NCBI GenBank assembly: GCA_030141605.1
Contig: JAQGDQ010000483.1
Location: 1-64,000, forward strand
Source of the DNA: Tubiluchus corallicola
Taxonomy: Eukaryota > Animalia > Priapulida
Reading direction: 5' to 3'
Length of the DNA stretch: 64,000 nucleotides
Both the position numbers and the translations under genes were made by a program. This document shows, piece after piece, positions 1-12,492 of the stretch. Under the pieces are notes generated by a model. It searched no databases and had not been told where the DNA came from. It saw only the letters and a program-made list of their open reading frames with translations. Numbering within the stretch: position 1 is the stretch's first letter; each line of letters opens with the position of its first letter.

Positions 1-319
1 ACTCCAAGCTGTGTGCTGTTACTGTAGCTGCTTTTTTGTTGTTGCTGCTTCCATACAAGAGAAACCTGTGTCGAACTCTGAAACTATCGAACTATCGTCT
101 ATCGAACTTTGGTGTCTGAAAACTTTTTCCTCCTAGAGTGTGTTACAGTATGCGGAAAAGAGAAACTAATATTCTCTCGTTGACTGTTTAGATCCTTTTG
201 TAACTAACAGAATGAGAGAAAGAAGTATGACACTTGTGATTATTTTTTGTGTTCTCTGATGTATCGTATTCTGCAAAAAACTGAACTGTTTCAGTTTCTC
301 AGGAAACCTAATCCCCAAA

Positions 320-900
320 GACAGTTTTGAGTGGTAATTTTAGAAGAGTAACCGTCTATAAGCCTAACATTTCCACTTCTGCTATAAACACAAACACCAA
401 TTACTGCAGCATTAGTGCCTTCAATCATGTGTAGAACCTAGGTGTCCCTCAGGGGGATGTATTAGAGCCTATTATTTGTGCTTGCACTTACTCAAAGCCA
501 TTTCTAGCTTTCCTAAGCTTCAGTCAGAGCTCTTGGATTTCAGCTTTGACAGTTGATGACACACTGCCTAGAACAAGTTTACACTAGGCGCTTTAGCTGT
601 GTGTCAACAAGGTCCAAATCTACCAATAAACAAAACTCAGGGGAAGTAATGCTAGCATTTACTCTGCGTACAGGAGATGATTCCGTTATCAACTGGCACC
701 CCATCGTAAGTGTTCTTAAAAGATTTGTCGCTAAGCTTGTTGAGCCAAAACAATCCAGTTTGTCTTAGATTAGTAACATATTCCAATTTTAAACAAAATA
801 ATAAACTATTGGCTAAATGAAAAAATGAGTGGCATATCAAAACAATGCGTGATATTTTTGATGACAAGTTAATAAGCAACTCCCTTAAGCAAACGAATAC
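320..900 (+). mobile_element. Degenerate non-LTR reverse-transcriptase fragment (CRE-like)
   Basis: GGTGTCCCTCAGGGGGATGTATTAGAGCCT (441-470) encodes GVPQGDVLEP, followed with frameshifts by LFVLAL, LQSEL, VDD and GPNLPINK. Upstream ILEE..YKP..CY. This is the order of the non-LTR RT motifs GVxQGDxLxP...YxDD...GLxxNxxK. The right boundary is uncertain. Confidence 0.5.
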
Positions 901-2227
901 AGTATAGCAAATAAACACACGAATAAAGAAATGCACCAACATGGCTTGCTACTTCAAGAATAAGTATTTTATCCTGACGTTTCACAGAACCAAACTACTG
1001 TTTCAAGTTGGCTAAAAATTCATAATACTTTTTAAGAATTCTTGAAAAAATTATTAATTTTTAGTTGATTTGAAAAAATCGAATGATTCTACGACACGAC
1101 ATGGGTAAATAAATTCAGCAAATGATTATTAAATGAATAAAATAGTCATAAATACAATTCTGATATTTTATAAATTAGTACATATATTTGCAATAGTGTC
1201 TGCAGTCTAGCCACAATGTATATTATGTAGCGCAGACAGATAAAATAATCAGAATAGGCTTGTGGGACCACAGAGCTGTACTTAATCGTATGATACAGGA
1301 CACAAGAGAGAATTCTAGGCTCTAATAAAACACCATATTTCTGTCACACTACAGATTAAAAATACCTACCCCAGATCTGCTTCTATGTGGAAATTTCCAG
1401 GAGTTTTCTTATTACCCTGGCTGCACGTTTTTATAAAACTTTTTTGTATTTTCAGTGGTATTGCTCAGTATTTTGCCGTAAAATTTTAAATTGTTCTTAT
1501 CAATTCAAAATCCTATTAATATAATCTACAACCTATTGCCCGGGTGTTATACTCATAGATATAGTTCTCGCCACCATCAGAAATACCCATTACCTAGATG
1601 CAGAACAGAGAGATTCAAGAACAGTTTTACCTCATTTGGTTAATCCATTTTCGAAACATAATTTAGACTTAATTTATTTCGCTCACGTATTTTGTAACAG
1701 TGTAATAGTGCCTTTCGCTGTTTGTTATACCTTGCTTATTCTTAGAAATTTTTATATTTTCATTATTTTGTAATTTTATGATGTACTGTAATTCGACCTT
1801 TTGATTCTCATGATGATAAATGAACTTATATAAACAATAATTGTCATGATGATAAATGAACTTACATACACAATGTACTAAAAACTGCATTTGTGTTATA
1901 ACGAGTTTAACGTCTGTTTGATACAGGGTTTAGGTGTGACGGGTGAGTCACAAAGTCAGTGTGTTAATAGAATGCCAGCAGCACGTAACAACTGTCATTA
2001 TTATCTGTCATAATGAATGACTTCACCTAGTCTGAAGTTCAGTTGAAATTTCAGTTGTTGCAGTCAAGGTCATGATTTAGCGAAATGTTTGTGATTTCGT
2101 AGTAACTAAATGACATCAGTCAACAAATTATGTTGTACTCGTGTTGTTTGCCATAGGTACAGAGATTTGTAAAAAATTAGCACTGACAGTGCCTTGTTTA
2201 GCCATTACTGCATGGAAGTAATAGCAG

Positions 2228-2252
2228 TGGCGGCGGCGGCGGCGGCGGCGGC

Positions 2253-2338
<86 letters not shown>

Positions 2339-2705
2339 AAGTGGTGGTGGTGGTGGTAGTAGTAGAGTAGTAGTAGTGGTGGTGGTGGTGGTGGTGGTGG
2401 TGGTGGTGGTGGTGGTGGTGGTGGTGGTGGTGGTGGTGGTGGTGGTGGTGGTGGTGGTGGTGGTGGTGGTGGTGGCAGTGGCAGTGGCAGTAGCAGTAGT
2501 AGGTAGTGGTAGCAGGAGGTGGAGTAGTGATGGTGGTGGTGGTGGTGGTGGTGGCGTCGGTGGCGGCGGTGGTGGTGGCCGCAGCGGGAGCAGCAACAAC
2601 AACAACAGCAGCAGCAGCACCACCACCACCAACAACAGCAGTAGCAACAGCAACCAACAGCAGCAACAACAACAGCAGCAGCAGTAGCAACAGCAACAGC
2701 AGCAA
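2228..2705. repeat. Compound trinucleotide microsatellite (GGC)n-(AGT)n-(GGT)n-(CAG/CAA)n
   Basis: Directly visible. It explains the poly-amino-acid ORFs at 2128-2811. Confidence 0.97.
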
Positions 2706-3015
2706 TCACGGAAGCTGCTTTGTTAATGGCAGCCATCCCGTCGTGAAACTGCAGTTAATCAGTAATCTTGGAAATAAGAAGAAATCTAATTTTCTCATTT
2801 CCTCAGCATAACTAACTCTTTCCCGTCTAGCGCACCGTCTTATTGATTTTCAATTTACTACTATGATGTCCTAAATGCACTGACTGACGGTTTACTTGAT
2901 GTGATAATGATGTCGGCGACTATGGCATTTTGCCTGCATGCCACTGATGAGTGGTGACTGAGAGACACATGCCTGTAATTGAAGTCGCTGGTCTTCAGGT
3001 TTTTTGTTAAACTTT

Positions 3016-3683
3016 TTAAAGGAAAGAACAAGCCACTTGAAAAGCTTATTTCAGTGTTTGTGAAAAATGTTAGAAGGATTTAGTAGTAAAAGTATGATAA
3101 GTGCCTCGTTTAATTAGTAAAATCAGCTTAACATTGCATTAATTTCGTGTTTAGGTTATTTTCCCATTTTGAACGCCCATTCCTCCACCAATGACGTCAT
3201 TCATCGGTTGAAAAAAGCAGGGCACTGTCACTTTCTGTCAGATAAGAAGCTTTTAGATGCCTAATTTTGGGATATTTAAGCATTAACATTAGGTAAGCTG
3301 CAGAAGTTTGAGTTAGTTTAAGTAACACGCACTTACGGAAAGCCTCGGTGCTCTTGCGAAGCGTCACGAAATCCACCAGTTACGTTACAATTTTCAAGTG
3401 AATGGCGGCTATCACCGTGTCTGAAAATTTCAATAGAACGGTAGTGTAAATTAACGTTTTGCTTCATAGACATTTTTTTGCCAATTTTTTTGTTATATTT
3501 TTCTGATAAGCTTACGTGATAACGGTAAAATAAACTCAATGTGCTAATGACTTGTCCTTTCATTAAAATTACAGAAACTCATGCCTCTCCCAATTACAGC
3601 ACAACGTTAAAAGATATATTTTATAGTAAATTAGTTGTATGAATTCCGTCTTTAGGCATTCGCTCGTATTCTCGCCTTTTTAA
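3016..3683 (+). mobile_element. Kolobok/T2-like MITE, family B (5' part clearly related to 9159-9743)
   Basis: Starts TTAAAGGAAA. The first ~120 bp align with 9159-9285. The right end (cgcctttTTAA) is tentative. Confidence 0.45.
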
Positions 3684-3709
3684 TGCAGTCTTTTTCTCGT
3701 GAGTGTCAC

Positions 3710-3995
3710 ATTATCATCGTCGTGCTGTCATCATTGTCGCCACCATTACTGTGTTGTCCTATCGTCACCACAACCAACAATATTGTGGATATTATTATCA
3801 TCATCACTTTTCTCACCATAGTCGCTGTCGTCATTTCGTCGTTATCATTTTCCTCAGTTGTCATCACCTTCGTCAACACCATCGTCATTATCACCATCAA
3901 CATCATCGCCGTCGTTGTTGTCGTCATTATCATCGTCATCATCATCATCTTTAGCATTATAATTATCACCATGATTATAACCACCATTATCACCG
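3710..3995. repeat. Degenerate (CAT/CGT/CAC)n trinucleotide low-complexity tract
   Basis: Directly visible; source of the His/Ile-rich ORFs. Confidence 0.9.
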
Positions 3996-5360
3996 TTGCG
4001 GTCAAGTCGAATAGACCAGTTAATTTGAATGTGATAAAATATTCACAAAAAGACAAAAAATGAATTAATACCTTAGCTATTGTGGAGAAATTGTTTATTT
4101 AGCTGCTACAAGAGCACTGTCTTCTGTCTTCGTGCTTGTAACGTCTCTCGCGTTTGTAATTGTCATTTTACACGTGTTTAGCATCTTTTCAATTGCTAAT
4201 TTCAAGATCATGAACATTCGTTATTGACTCGTTAAATTTCTGTTTCCTCAAACTTAAAATGCCAGCCATAAAGGCATTCGACCTTACACATTAGAATGGA
4301 TAACAATTACGCTAAGTAGGTTTATGATTTTGTGTTAAATTTTAAAACCTATCCGGTAACGGTTATTCATCAAATATGCCGAACTTGTACTGCGTAATTA
4401 TAGTACCGAGGCCTTCTGATTCTAGCCTAGTTAAAACCTAGCTTTCATCATAGTAGCAGCTGTATGTATTGCACAAGGAAATCGAATTCACAAATGTACA
4501 AAAGTCCACAAAGCCAGTCGACGTAAAATAAACATGGAAAAACACGCAACGTGTTTGATGTTGTTTAGAAAATGGCATCATCGGTAAAATTTGAAAATAA
4601 TATGAAATCGGCTGGTCGTAATCTGACTTTGATTACGTTTCAAGAGCACCGTAGATTGTGTTACGCGATAATAAATTGGTACCTACAGTTTCTGCTTACT
4701 GCTAACACGAGTTTGTTAGCTTACTTGAATATGTACCCTCACAAACTGTAATTCCTAAGAAATTAAAAAAATGTGGTAACTTTGTCATTTTAGACTACCC
4801 CTGGAAGTCATTTTAGACTACCAAAAAGTCTTAACATCTGGTTGCGAATTTTACGCTTGAAATTTGACATTTCTTGTAACAAACCACAAACAATTATCAG
4901 CGACTACTGTATAAAAAAAGCTGTGAACTTTTCTGACATCTTTTATCCAGTAATAAATGTCTTTACGGACTTCAATTCTTGCGATTACTGTGTTTTAACT
5001 TAAACAAAACTGGTCCTATGATTTACCATGGACTTCCATACCCTATATGTTACAATTGTGTGTTACAGTTGTAAGTTAAACAGCAAACTGGACCCATTCT
5101 GCGAATGATTCCTAATCCCACAAGTGATCATCAAACTCAAATTGAGTTAAATGTTGGTTTTTCATGTAAATAACTGTTGTAATTACGAATGACGTCGAAG
5201 GCACAGTTGCTCGGCAGGAAACGCCTCTGGGTTATTGTTGTTTTGTGTATTATCCTCTGTATACTATTTTATATAAAAACTGTTGTTTGATTTTGAATAA
5301 ATTAGATTGGTTAGATTATTTGTACGCCGTTAAATAACTACTCATGCTAGTGACGGCCAG

Positions 5361-6037
5361 TTAAAGGACAAGCAAAGGGGCACCTGAAGTAGGTTTCAAA
5401 AAATCGCCTTAACAAATTATATTACTTTACAGAATTTTTATCAATATATAGTACACGCGTTAAAAGGAATTTTTATTTGTTTTCATTTTAAATCTCCCGC
5501 AATACTGTTCCGACAGCGCCATAATATGACGTCACTACATAAACGTAAATCAGGAGAAGAAAGTGAAATGTTAAACTATGTCCCAAAAAACTTTCCGTGC
5601 AAATCTATATTACTTAGCATGTCGCTTACCTGCTGGAAAGACTAATGTGACTTTAAATAATAATTTAAAATGTTCGTGCCAATTAGTAAAATGTCGCTGG
5701 CTCGACCTCCAGGGTGCGCCACTCACTAACAAAAACGTTTTTTAATCTTATTGACAAGTACAGTTTTTTAAATTTTGCTTAGTTAGTAATATGCGTGCTA
5801 CGTATGCTGTGATTGTTTTTTCAAACTTCACGCAATGTTATCTAAACTTTTTTCAAACGACCTAGCATTAAAATGGTTGCGCCTAACGGTCATCACGGAG
5901 TTCAAATTTACAAGTTCTGTACAGCGTTACTGCCGATGCAAGCCCTGCATGCAAAAAAGCAGTGTGTAAGTGGTATAAAATTTCAAGACGAATTTTTTAA
6001 GCTTCATGTAAGTGGAGAATTTTCTCTCATGCTTTAA
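5361..6037 (+). mobile_element. Kolobok/T2-like MITE, family A (long form)
   Basis: TTAA|AGGACAAG ... atgct|TTAA. Colinear over its length with 40005-40675, and internally with 7912-8344, 21339-21842, 37249-37764 and 59902-60372. Confidence 0.75.
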
Positions 6038-7019
6038 GTGCAAATAAATGCTGTCTGCATATTACGTGTTTTTCGTGTCAGTTCTGTTTTAATTTTCATC
6101 CTACAACCGGTGACGCATTCGACCCATTAATTTAATTACTTAAGACACAGTAGCCATGCTGTAGGCTTGTCTAGCAGGGCTTATACTGTAGTTTAATCCG
6201 ATTAACTATGCGTCTTGCAATAAACATTGGCTGACTTGACTGACAAGAAAATTTCAACACTTCGTGGGATTGTATAAGCTCAACGAATTCCGCTAGCTAG
6301 CTGAGAACTGTATATACTACATTACTAGGACACATTGTGGGAAAGTAGCAGACTGATCTCCAAGATAGAGACTTGAGTCTCCAAGTTTGAAGAAATTATC
6401 TATCGTAATTAATGAAGGTTCTTTCTCGATTTATCCATAATTTTTATTGTTATTATTTCTTATTCTTCCTCCTTTTTGTTTCTTTAATAACTCAATAACT
6501 AGTGTCATGAAACTCACAGGGCACATTCCTCAGGTAGGGGGATTTATATGTTTGTGTTTATGTTTATTCTGTAAATTTGTATGTTGATGTTTAGGGGGTA
6601 ATTTATGTTTATTTGCGATCCATCATCCCCAGGTCAAAGGTCACCAATCGAGCAGGGCTTCTTGTTTTTTTTCGTTAGCCTGGATCTTCTCCTGCAGTTT
6701 TTGAGCTGGGGTCGCAATATTTGGTATGTGGCTAGGTGGGGCAGGGTCGAATATTATCTATCATATATTAATTATGTGACATCACGCTGAACAAAAATTC
6801 ATTGCACGATGTTCCATATTTTAGAGCAAAACTAATAAGTATATGTAGAAGCAAAGTATATAACTGAAACAAAAAATATTAACTGGACACAAATAAAATC
6901 CGAAAAATCACGCAACGAAACTTACAAAGACAACGCAAAACAAAAGAAAAAATTGCATCAAAGTGTAAAAATTTTCCATGGAAAATTTTAAACATTCTTA
7001 AACGTAACGAACGGTTGTG

Positions 7020-7500
7020 ATTTTTCAATTTTAATTTAGTTTTGATTTTCATCAATCTTAAGTACATATAGACATGACAGTGTTGGGCTGGGTGGTCTGG
7101 ACGAGTTGATAAGCCATAACTCAATGGTAGTGCCTCTTTAAACTGGGAACTTTGGGCAGAACCGGGATCTGGCTCCTCTCAAATGAGACAATGTACCAGC
7201 AGAGGTGTGGAGAGGGGTCCTGCTGAGAAACTGCCAGAATCATTATCGGGACGCGAAACTTTCCAGAACGAGTATAGTATTAAACAGGACAGTCACCCAT
7301 CATTTTGCTGAGCAAACACGACGTCGTTTAGCTTTGGTCGCTAAACCCACACCGCGACTCTTCGGCTGTTCACTTTGCCCCATATTTACAATGGTTGGCC
7401 AAAGTTGTATGTCCTGCATTTGTATTTTCTGCACCCTTCTACCCAGTTGGTAAACTGGAGGGGCTTTACAGTCTGGAGAACATGGTGCTGTCGAAAAAAT
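7020..7500 (-). mobile_element. Possible 3' end of a non-LTR retrotransposon (C-terminal Zn-knuckle-like remnant plus A-rich tail)
   Basis: The - strand reads AGHTTLANHCKYG...SRCG..DQ...DCP, resembling the non-LTR C-terminal GH...CxCG...CP motif. It ends in an (aaatt/aaact)-like tail near 7020-7050. Confidence 0.3.
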
Positions 7501-7911
7501 ATTGTCTTTACCCACTGTTTCTTAGCTTAAGTACAGCAGTTGTTACAAGTATGAGTTAAGCCTGAGAGACGTACTGTAGGTTTTGTATATTTATGGGCTG
7601 CAACTTTTATTTTCGAATACGTAGCATGCTTACCCACTTGTCATTGTGGCTAGAACTTTTCTTGTGTAAATATTTGCACTAGTGTAACCACTATATTTGT
7701 TTTAGAACAGACTCAAAAAGTGTAATAAGTGCACGTTACCCGACTAACTGACAGTAGGTCTAACATTCGGATGTGAAATCTTAGAAATGAAAAGTACAAG
7801 TTGACCTTACTATTGTACTCCTAACTTTCCCACAATGTACGATGTAACATTCCACGACTGTAACGGCGTGTGATTGTTGGCTAATACGCATGCGCGTTTG
7901 CTCCACCTCAG

Positions 7912-8344
7912 TTAAATCGCAAGAAAACAGTTTTCATAAACAAGCTAAGAAATTTCGTCTTGAAATCTTATATCACTTGCATGCTGTCTTATTGCATACA
8001 AGGCTTGTGTCAGCAGTAATGTTGTGTAAAATTTAAACGCTCACTATGACCGTTAGGAGCAGCCATTTTGAAGGTAATCATTTGGAATAAGTTTAGATAA
8101 CAATGAGTAACAATTGAAAAAATAATCAGGACATCCGTAGTCCACTCTTCCCTAACTAAGCAAAAATGAAAGCTACTTTATATTGTCAATAAAATTAATA
8201 ATGTGTTTTTGGTGAGTCAGTGGTGAACAGTGGGATGGTGGTGCAGTGACGTTTTACCAGTTTACACTTTACAAGTATTTCAAAAATGTAAGCTTTGTGT
8301 GGGAAGTTCTTTGAGATTTAAAATTCCCTTTTCTTCCCCTTTAA
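7912..8344 (-). mobile_element. Kolobok/T2-like MITE, family A (short form)
   Basis: Reverse-complement similarity to 5570-6037 (aatttcgtcttgaaat, gaccgttagg, ttggtgagtcagtggtg). TTAA at both ends; the right end is CCCCT|TTAA. Confidence 0.7.
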
Positions 8345-9158
8345 CGATTTTGAAATGTTATTTTATGTAGTTTGGCACTTTGCAAGCCAACGTCCATCGT
8401 CGGCTATAGGACTTAGTTATTAAATTTATACATGTGGTGATACCGGAACCCACCCAAGATAATAGTCTAAGGTAAAACACTAGACTGCCAGAGGTGTCTT
8501 GGTTACATTCATATCTTTTCCAACTAGATAAATAGCCTGAGATAGACATGTGTCTCAGCAAATACCGCAGTAAGCATAACAGTAACCGTAGCTGTAACCG
8601 TAAGCAAATAAATAAATTCATCTCGTGAAAATTCTTCGCTTTATATTTTTTTATTGTGTCCTGGTCCTGCTACTGGCCACTATATAGTGGACCGTGTGCA
8701 GTGTAATTTTATAAAAGAGTTGTTTTTGATAGATTCCCTCTTCTTCTGGCATTTTGCTGAATGTCTATTTTTTGCGGATTTTGTTCAAAACCAACTGAAA
8801 TGCATTGTGTCTTGTGTGGATGTAATCTGCCTTTTTGACGGGTTATCCATCAAAATAAACTACCGGATAATTCTAGGGTAGCGTGTGAACAGGGCTTTAG
8901 TTGTTTTGGACGCGTTTGAATTTACGCTGTGCGCTCTGCGTAACCACTTCGTGTTACGCTGTCTCTTGATTTATGAGTTTTTAGAAATGCTTATATGCTT
9001 GGCTTGTATGAGTTACAGTCATTCCAACCAAAAAACATTTGAGAATTCGTTGAGATTTTTTTCAGTCACAAGTCATTTTTAAGGTTTTTAGATATAAATT
9101 ATAATTTATAATAGTCAAATTGCTTACAATTCGTAGCCTTTCTGCCTTATTCGTGTTT

Positions 9159-9743
9159 TTAAAGGAAAAGCCAAGCCTTCTGGGAAGTTAGGCTTAATTC
9201 AATGTTCGCGAAAAGTGTTATGAGATTTAGCAATAAAAGTTTGACATGCATGTAAATAGTAAAATCGCTTTAAAGATTTCATACGTGAAAGAATTGATAC
9301 GGTAGTACCACAGAAACTCAATTTCGCGTTCGCGTCACTAGTTCTTTGTTAGCATATCTCCATTCGCTAGTTATATGGGCACTAGTGCCTGCATTTCAGA
9401 AACACGTTGTACAAAAATAGGTACTGTACCTCTCAGTTTGGAGTTGCTCGTTTGTGACGTTTTGCACACGTTCAAGAGAGTTCATTGCATAACGTTAAAC
9501 TCGAAATTCGAGTTTTAAACTTGAAATTTGCCGAGTTATAGCATAACACACTGAATCTCTTACAGCAACACTGTACTTCAGTTGATGCCATCATTAGTTG
9601 GATTCAGCCGCCGTTAATAAGTTTGCTATCTACTATTTAAATGTCAGAAACGCTTTGGCATTATTATAGGTTCTGAAATGTATACTTTTTACCGTACTTC
9701 AAAATGGCATAGGTTATTAAAAATCATCCTCTTTTCCTTTTAA
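9159..9743 (+). mobile_element. Kolobok/T2-like MITE, family B
   Basis: TTAA|AGGAAAAG ... CTTTTCCTT|TTAA inverted termini. 9300-9743 matches the reverse complement of 35452-35915. Confidence 0.75.
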
Positions 9744-10984
9744 TGTTTACTGAAGTGTTCTGTGATTAGTATAATGTATTAGAAAAACGTTGTAGTAGAG
9801 GTGATTCCATTACGTGCGTGTACTTGAAGTATTTCTCCGCAAAAGCAAGAATTTTTGCCTGGAGATTCCAGAAAGTGTGTTGCCCGAACATCGCATCCCC
9901 GGAGCGCCCAAAATTATCCCAGGAAAAACGGGAAACAGATGTGGCCGGTTCTAAGTGAGGAAATTGCCCTCACAAAGTCCCTTGGTTTCCTGCAGCTCTT
10001 ATGGCTTCTGTGTTTACAGCGACGGGCCTCATAAAAACATTAACACGACCGACGGTCCAATGTTAGATACAGTTACGGACGAAATCACGGAGCGCATGGC
10101 GCAGTCGGCCAAAATTCTCTTTAAGTAACATCGGCTATACTAAACTGTATTAAATTTAGGATAAGCGCCCATAAATTGTACTTTATGTAGCATTGTTGTA
10201 ATGACTATTTTTAATACTCGTGTAAATTAATTGTTATTTGTTCTGTACGCTGGAGCCAAAATATTCCTTTGCAAGGCCGTACCTTTTTCTCTAGGGGATT
10301 TTGTCTCTAGTAAACGTCTCTTTCACTGTTGATTAAATCTGTCTTGTTCATTAGATTGTAATGTAATGTATGTAATGGCGGTTCAATTAACAAACATATC
10401 GGCGGGGATTTCCTCTTCCCTGAACCTGATTCCCAAGTAATTTATTTTACTTGGCGCATGCGTTTAACAGACCCGCGATTTCAATAGGAGTTCAAGCCAT
10501 TATTTCAAATTTCCGGACCAGCGAGTTTAGGCCTGCGAATCAAAGCTTGAAAATGACCTCACAGCCGATTAGAAGTTGCAAAAGTAAAAATCGGGAAATT
10601 CAACATACGTAGCCAGTAGCCTGTATTCAATTCAATTCATATTTTTATTTCAGACTTAAAATCCATAGAAAACATATATACAAACTAGATAAAATATATA
10701 TGAGTTTACATGTGTCTGTAGTTGCCTACATTTCGCTGATCAGAAATGACAAGACTTTACAAGCCAGGTATAGTGAGTTGACCAAAGTTGATTGTCTGAC
10801 AGAACGTTTTTTGCCTATCCTTATATTTCTATCATTGTTTGACTGTTAGCGTGTGATTGTTGTTGTCACTGACTGTCGTCATTATTAGTGCTAATTAGTG
10901 CTCTGGTCATTGCATTTATTACCGCTTTAATTTGTTTAGCTAATTTAGTGTGACATAATTATGTTATTTGGTTTTAGGAATGAA

Positions 10985-11390
10985 CTTGATCAATGCTCTT
11001 GATAAAATTGTAAAAATTATATGAATTGAACAGCAATCTGTGGCATATTTGTATGTAACTAGGGTCGCAAAGAGAGCGCAAGTTATCATGAAAGATGAAT
11101 TTCATCCAGGTAATAAATATTTTGAAATTTTCCCTTTTGGTCGTAGATTCCGCTCATTAACGCTAAAACCACAAGAACTTAAAATTCTTTCTATCCCGTT
11201 GCAGTTCGCACCTTCAACGGTAAATTTCAGTAAATCTCCAATATTAATTCTTTATGTCACTGTACAACTGATTAAATTATTTGTGTTAATCTCCTTGTTG
11301 TTTCTCTATACGTTACTGCAGTACGTAAAAAACGTACATACATACATATACAGTAGTACGTTTGTACACATAAAATTCATTGTATGTATT
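10985..11390 (+). mobile_element. 5'-truncated LINE 3' end (Rex1/Babar- or L2-like C-terminus) followed by a microsatellite tail
   Basis: [28 protein letters not shown], then after frameshifts [18 protein letters not shown]. This is the HPxxxxFxxLPSGRR(F/Y)RS...TxRxxNSFxP tail typical of CR1-group LINE ORF2. Confidence 0.75.
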
Positions 11391-11391
11391 G

Positions 11392-11482
<91 letters not shown>

Positions 11483-11708
11483 CTACCTACCTACCTACCT
11501 ACCTACCTACCTACCTACCTACCTACCTACCTACCTACCTACCTACCTACCTACCTACCTACCTACCTACCTACCAACCAACATACCTACTTATCTACCT
11601 ACCTACCTACCTACCTGGTTACTTACCTACCTACCTACCAACATACCTACTTATCTACCTACCTACCTACCTGGTTACTTACCTACCTACTTACTTATTT
11701 ACTTACTT
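11391..11708. repeat. Tetranucleotide microsatellite (TACT)n-(TACC)n with a duplicated variant block
   Basis: Directly visible; the block accaacatacctacttatctacctacc...tggttactt occurs twice. Confidence 0.97.
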
Positions 11709-12149
11709 GTCATTCGATTACTACCTACACTCGATGCGTCAATAAGCATAACCGTTTTGCTGCTAAAAAATCGGTGCATCTGTGATGACCTAGAAATGAT
11801 CTGTTGTACGAGTTTCCGTGTAAACACCACAGGTCCTACAATAAACAACTCAAGTTGATGTGTTTCAATTTGTTCAGTTACTATATCATATAGACAAACT
11901 TAGAAACAAACCAAAAATAATAGACGTGCAACAATGTAACAAAAACAATCTAAAGCCCCATGTTCGCAGTTTTTGTCTTTTCTCAGTTGGGAAATTTCAA
12001 GGTTGGAATGGATGTTGGCAGTCATTATTCCAAAGTAAAGTAGTTATAAGCTGGTCAGTAAGTGGATGAGTTAACCACTTTGATTTGGGATGCTTTCATT
12101 CGCCTTGCTGATTCTGGCTGCTTACCTCATAAAAGAGGATGTGTTCATG

Positions 12150-12492
12150 GTGATCGGTAAGAAAGTCACAGGAAAAAAGTCACAGAGAAAGTCACAATTT
12201 TAGCTAGGAAAGAAAGTCGGTGATCAAACAAAAATATTCAAGCCACTCACAATGTATTTAAATACCACAAACAATTAAACTAATAAAACAGAAAATATTT
12301 TAAACCAGTTATTAATTGGCAACACGTGACTTGTACATATTTACAACACAATTTATAGATGACTGCGTTATGTGTACGTGAAAAAATCTCGTTTTGCTCA
12401 TTATCTCTGGATTAGGTTAAGAGTTAGGGTTATGATTAGGGTTCTTTTTTCCTGTGACTTTTCTGTGCCTTTTTTTGCCTGTGACTTACCTG
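12150..12492. mobile_element. MITE-like element with repetitive inverted ends (AAAGTCACAG)n ... (CTGTGACTT)n and internal degenerate TTAGGG repeats
   Basis: Three aaagtcaca units on the left and three inverted ctgtg(a/c)ctt units on the right; ggattaggttaagagttagggttatgattaggg at ~12410-12442. Confidence 0.55.

Noticed and set aside
2128-2811. Long poly-C/H/P/Y/T/L ORFs (also at 3683-4063, 11380-11785, 17789-18552, 28915-29235, 38933-39448, 42482-43341, 44616-45101)
   Set aside because: They are open only because microsatellites lack stop codons, and they occur in several frames at once. No protein signal except the adjoining LINE pieces.
9850-10130. GC-richer stretch as the missing first exon of the RasGAP gene
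   Set aside because: No open frame ending in a phase-1 donor with a GWL-like motif was found.
12410-12442. TTAGGG-like repeats as an interstitial telomere
   Set aside because: Few, degenerate and enclosed in a MITE-like element.
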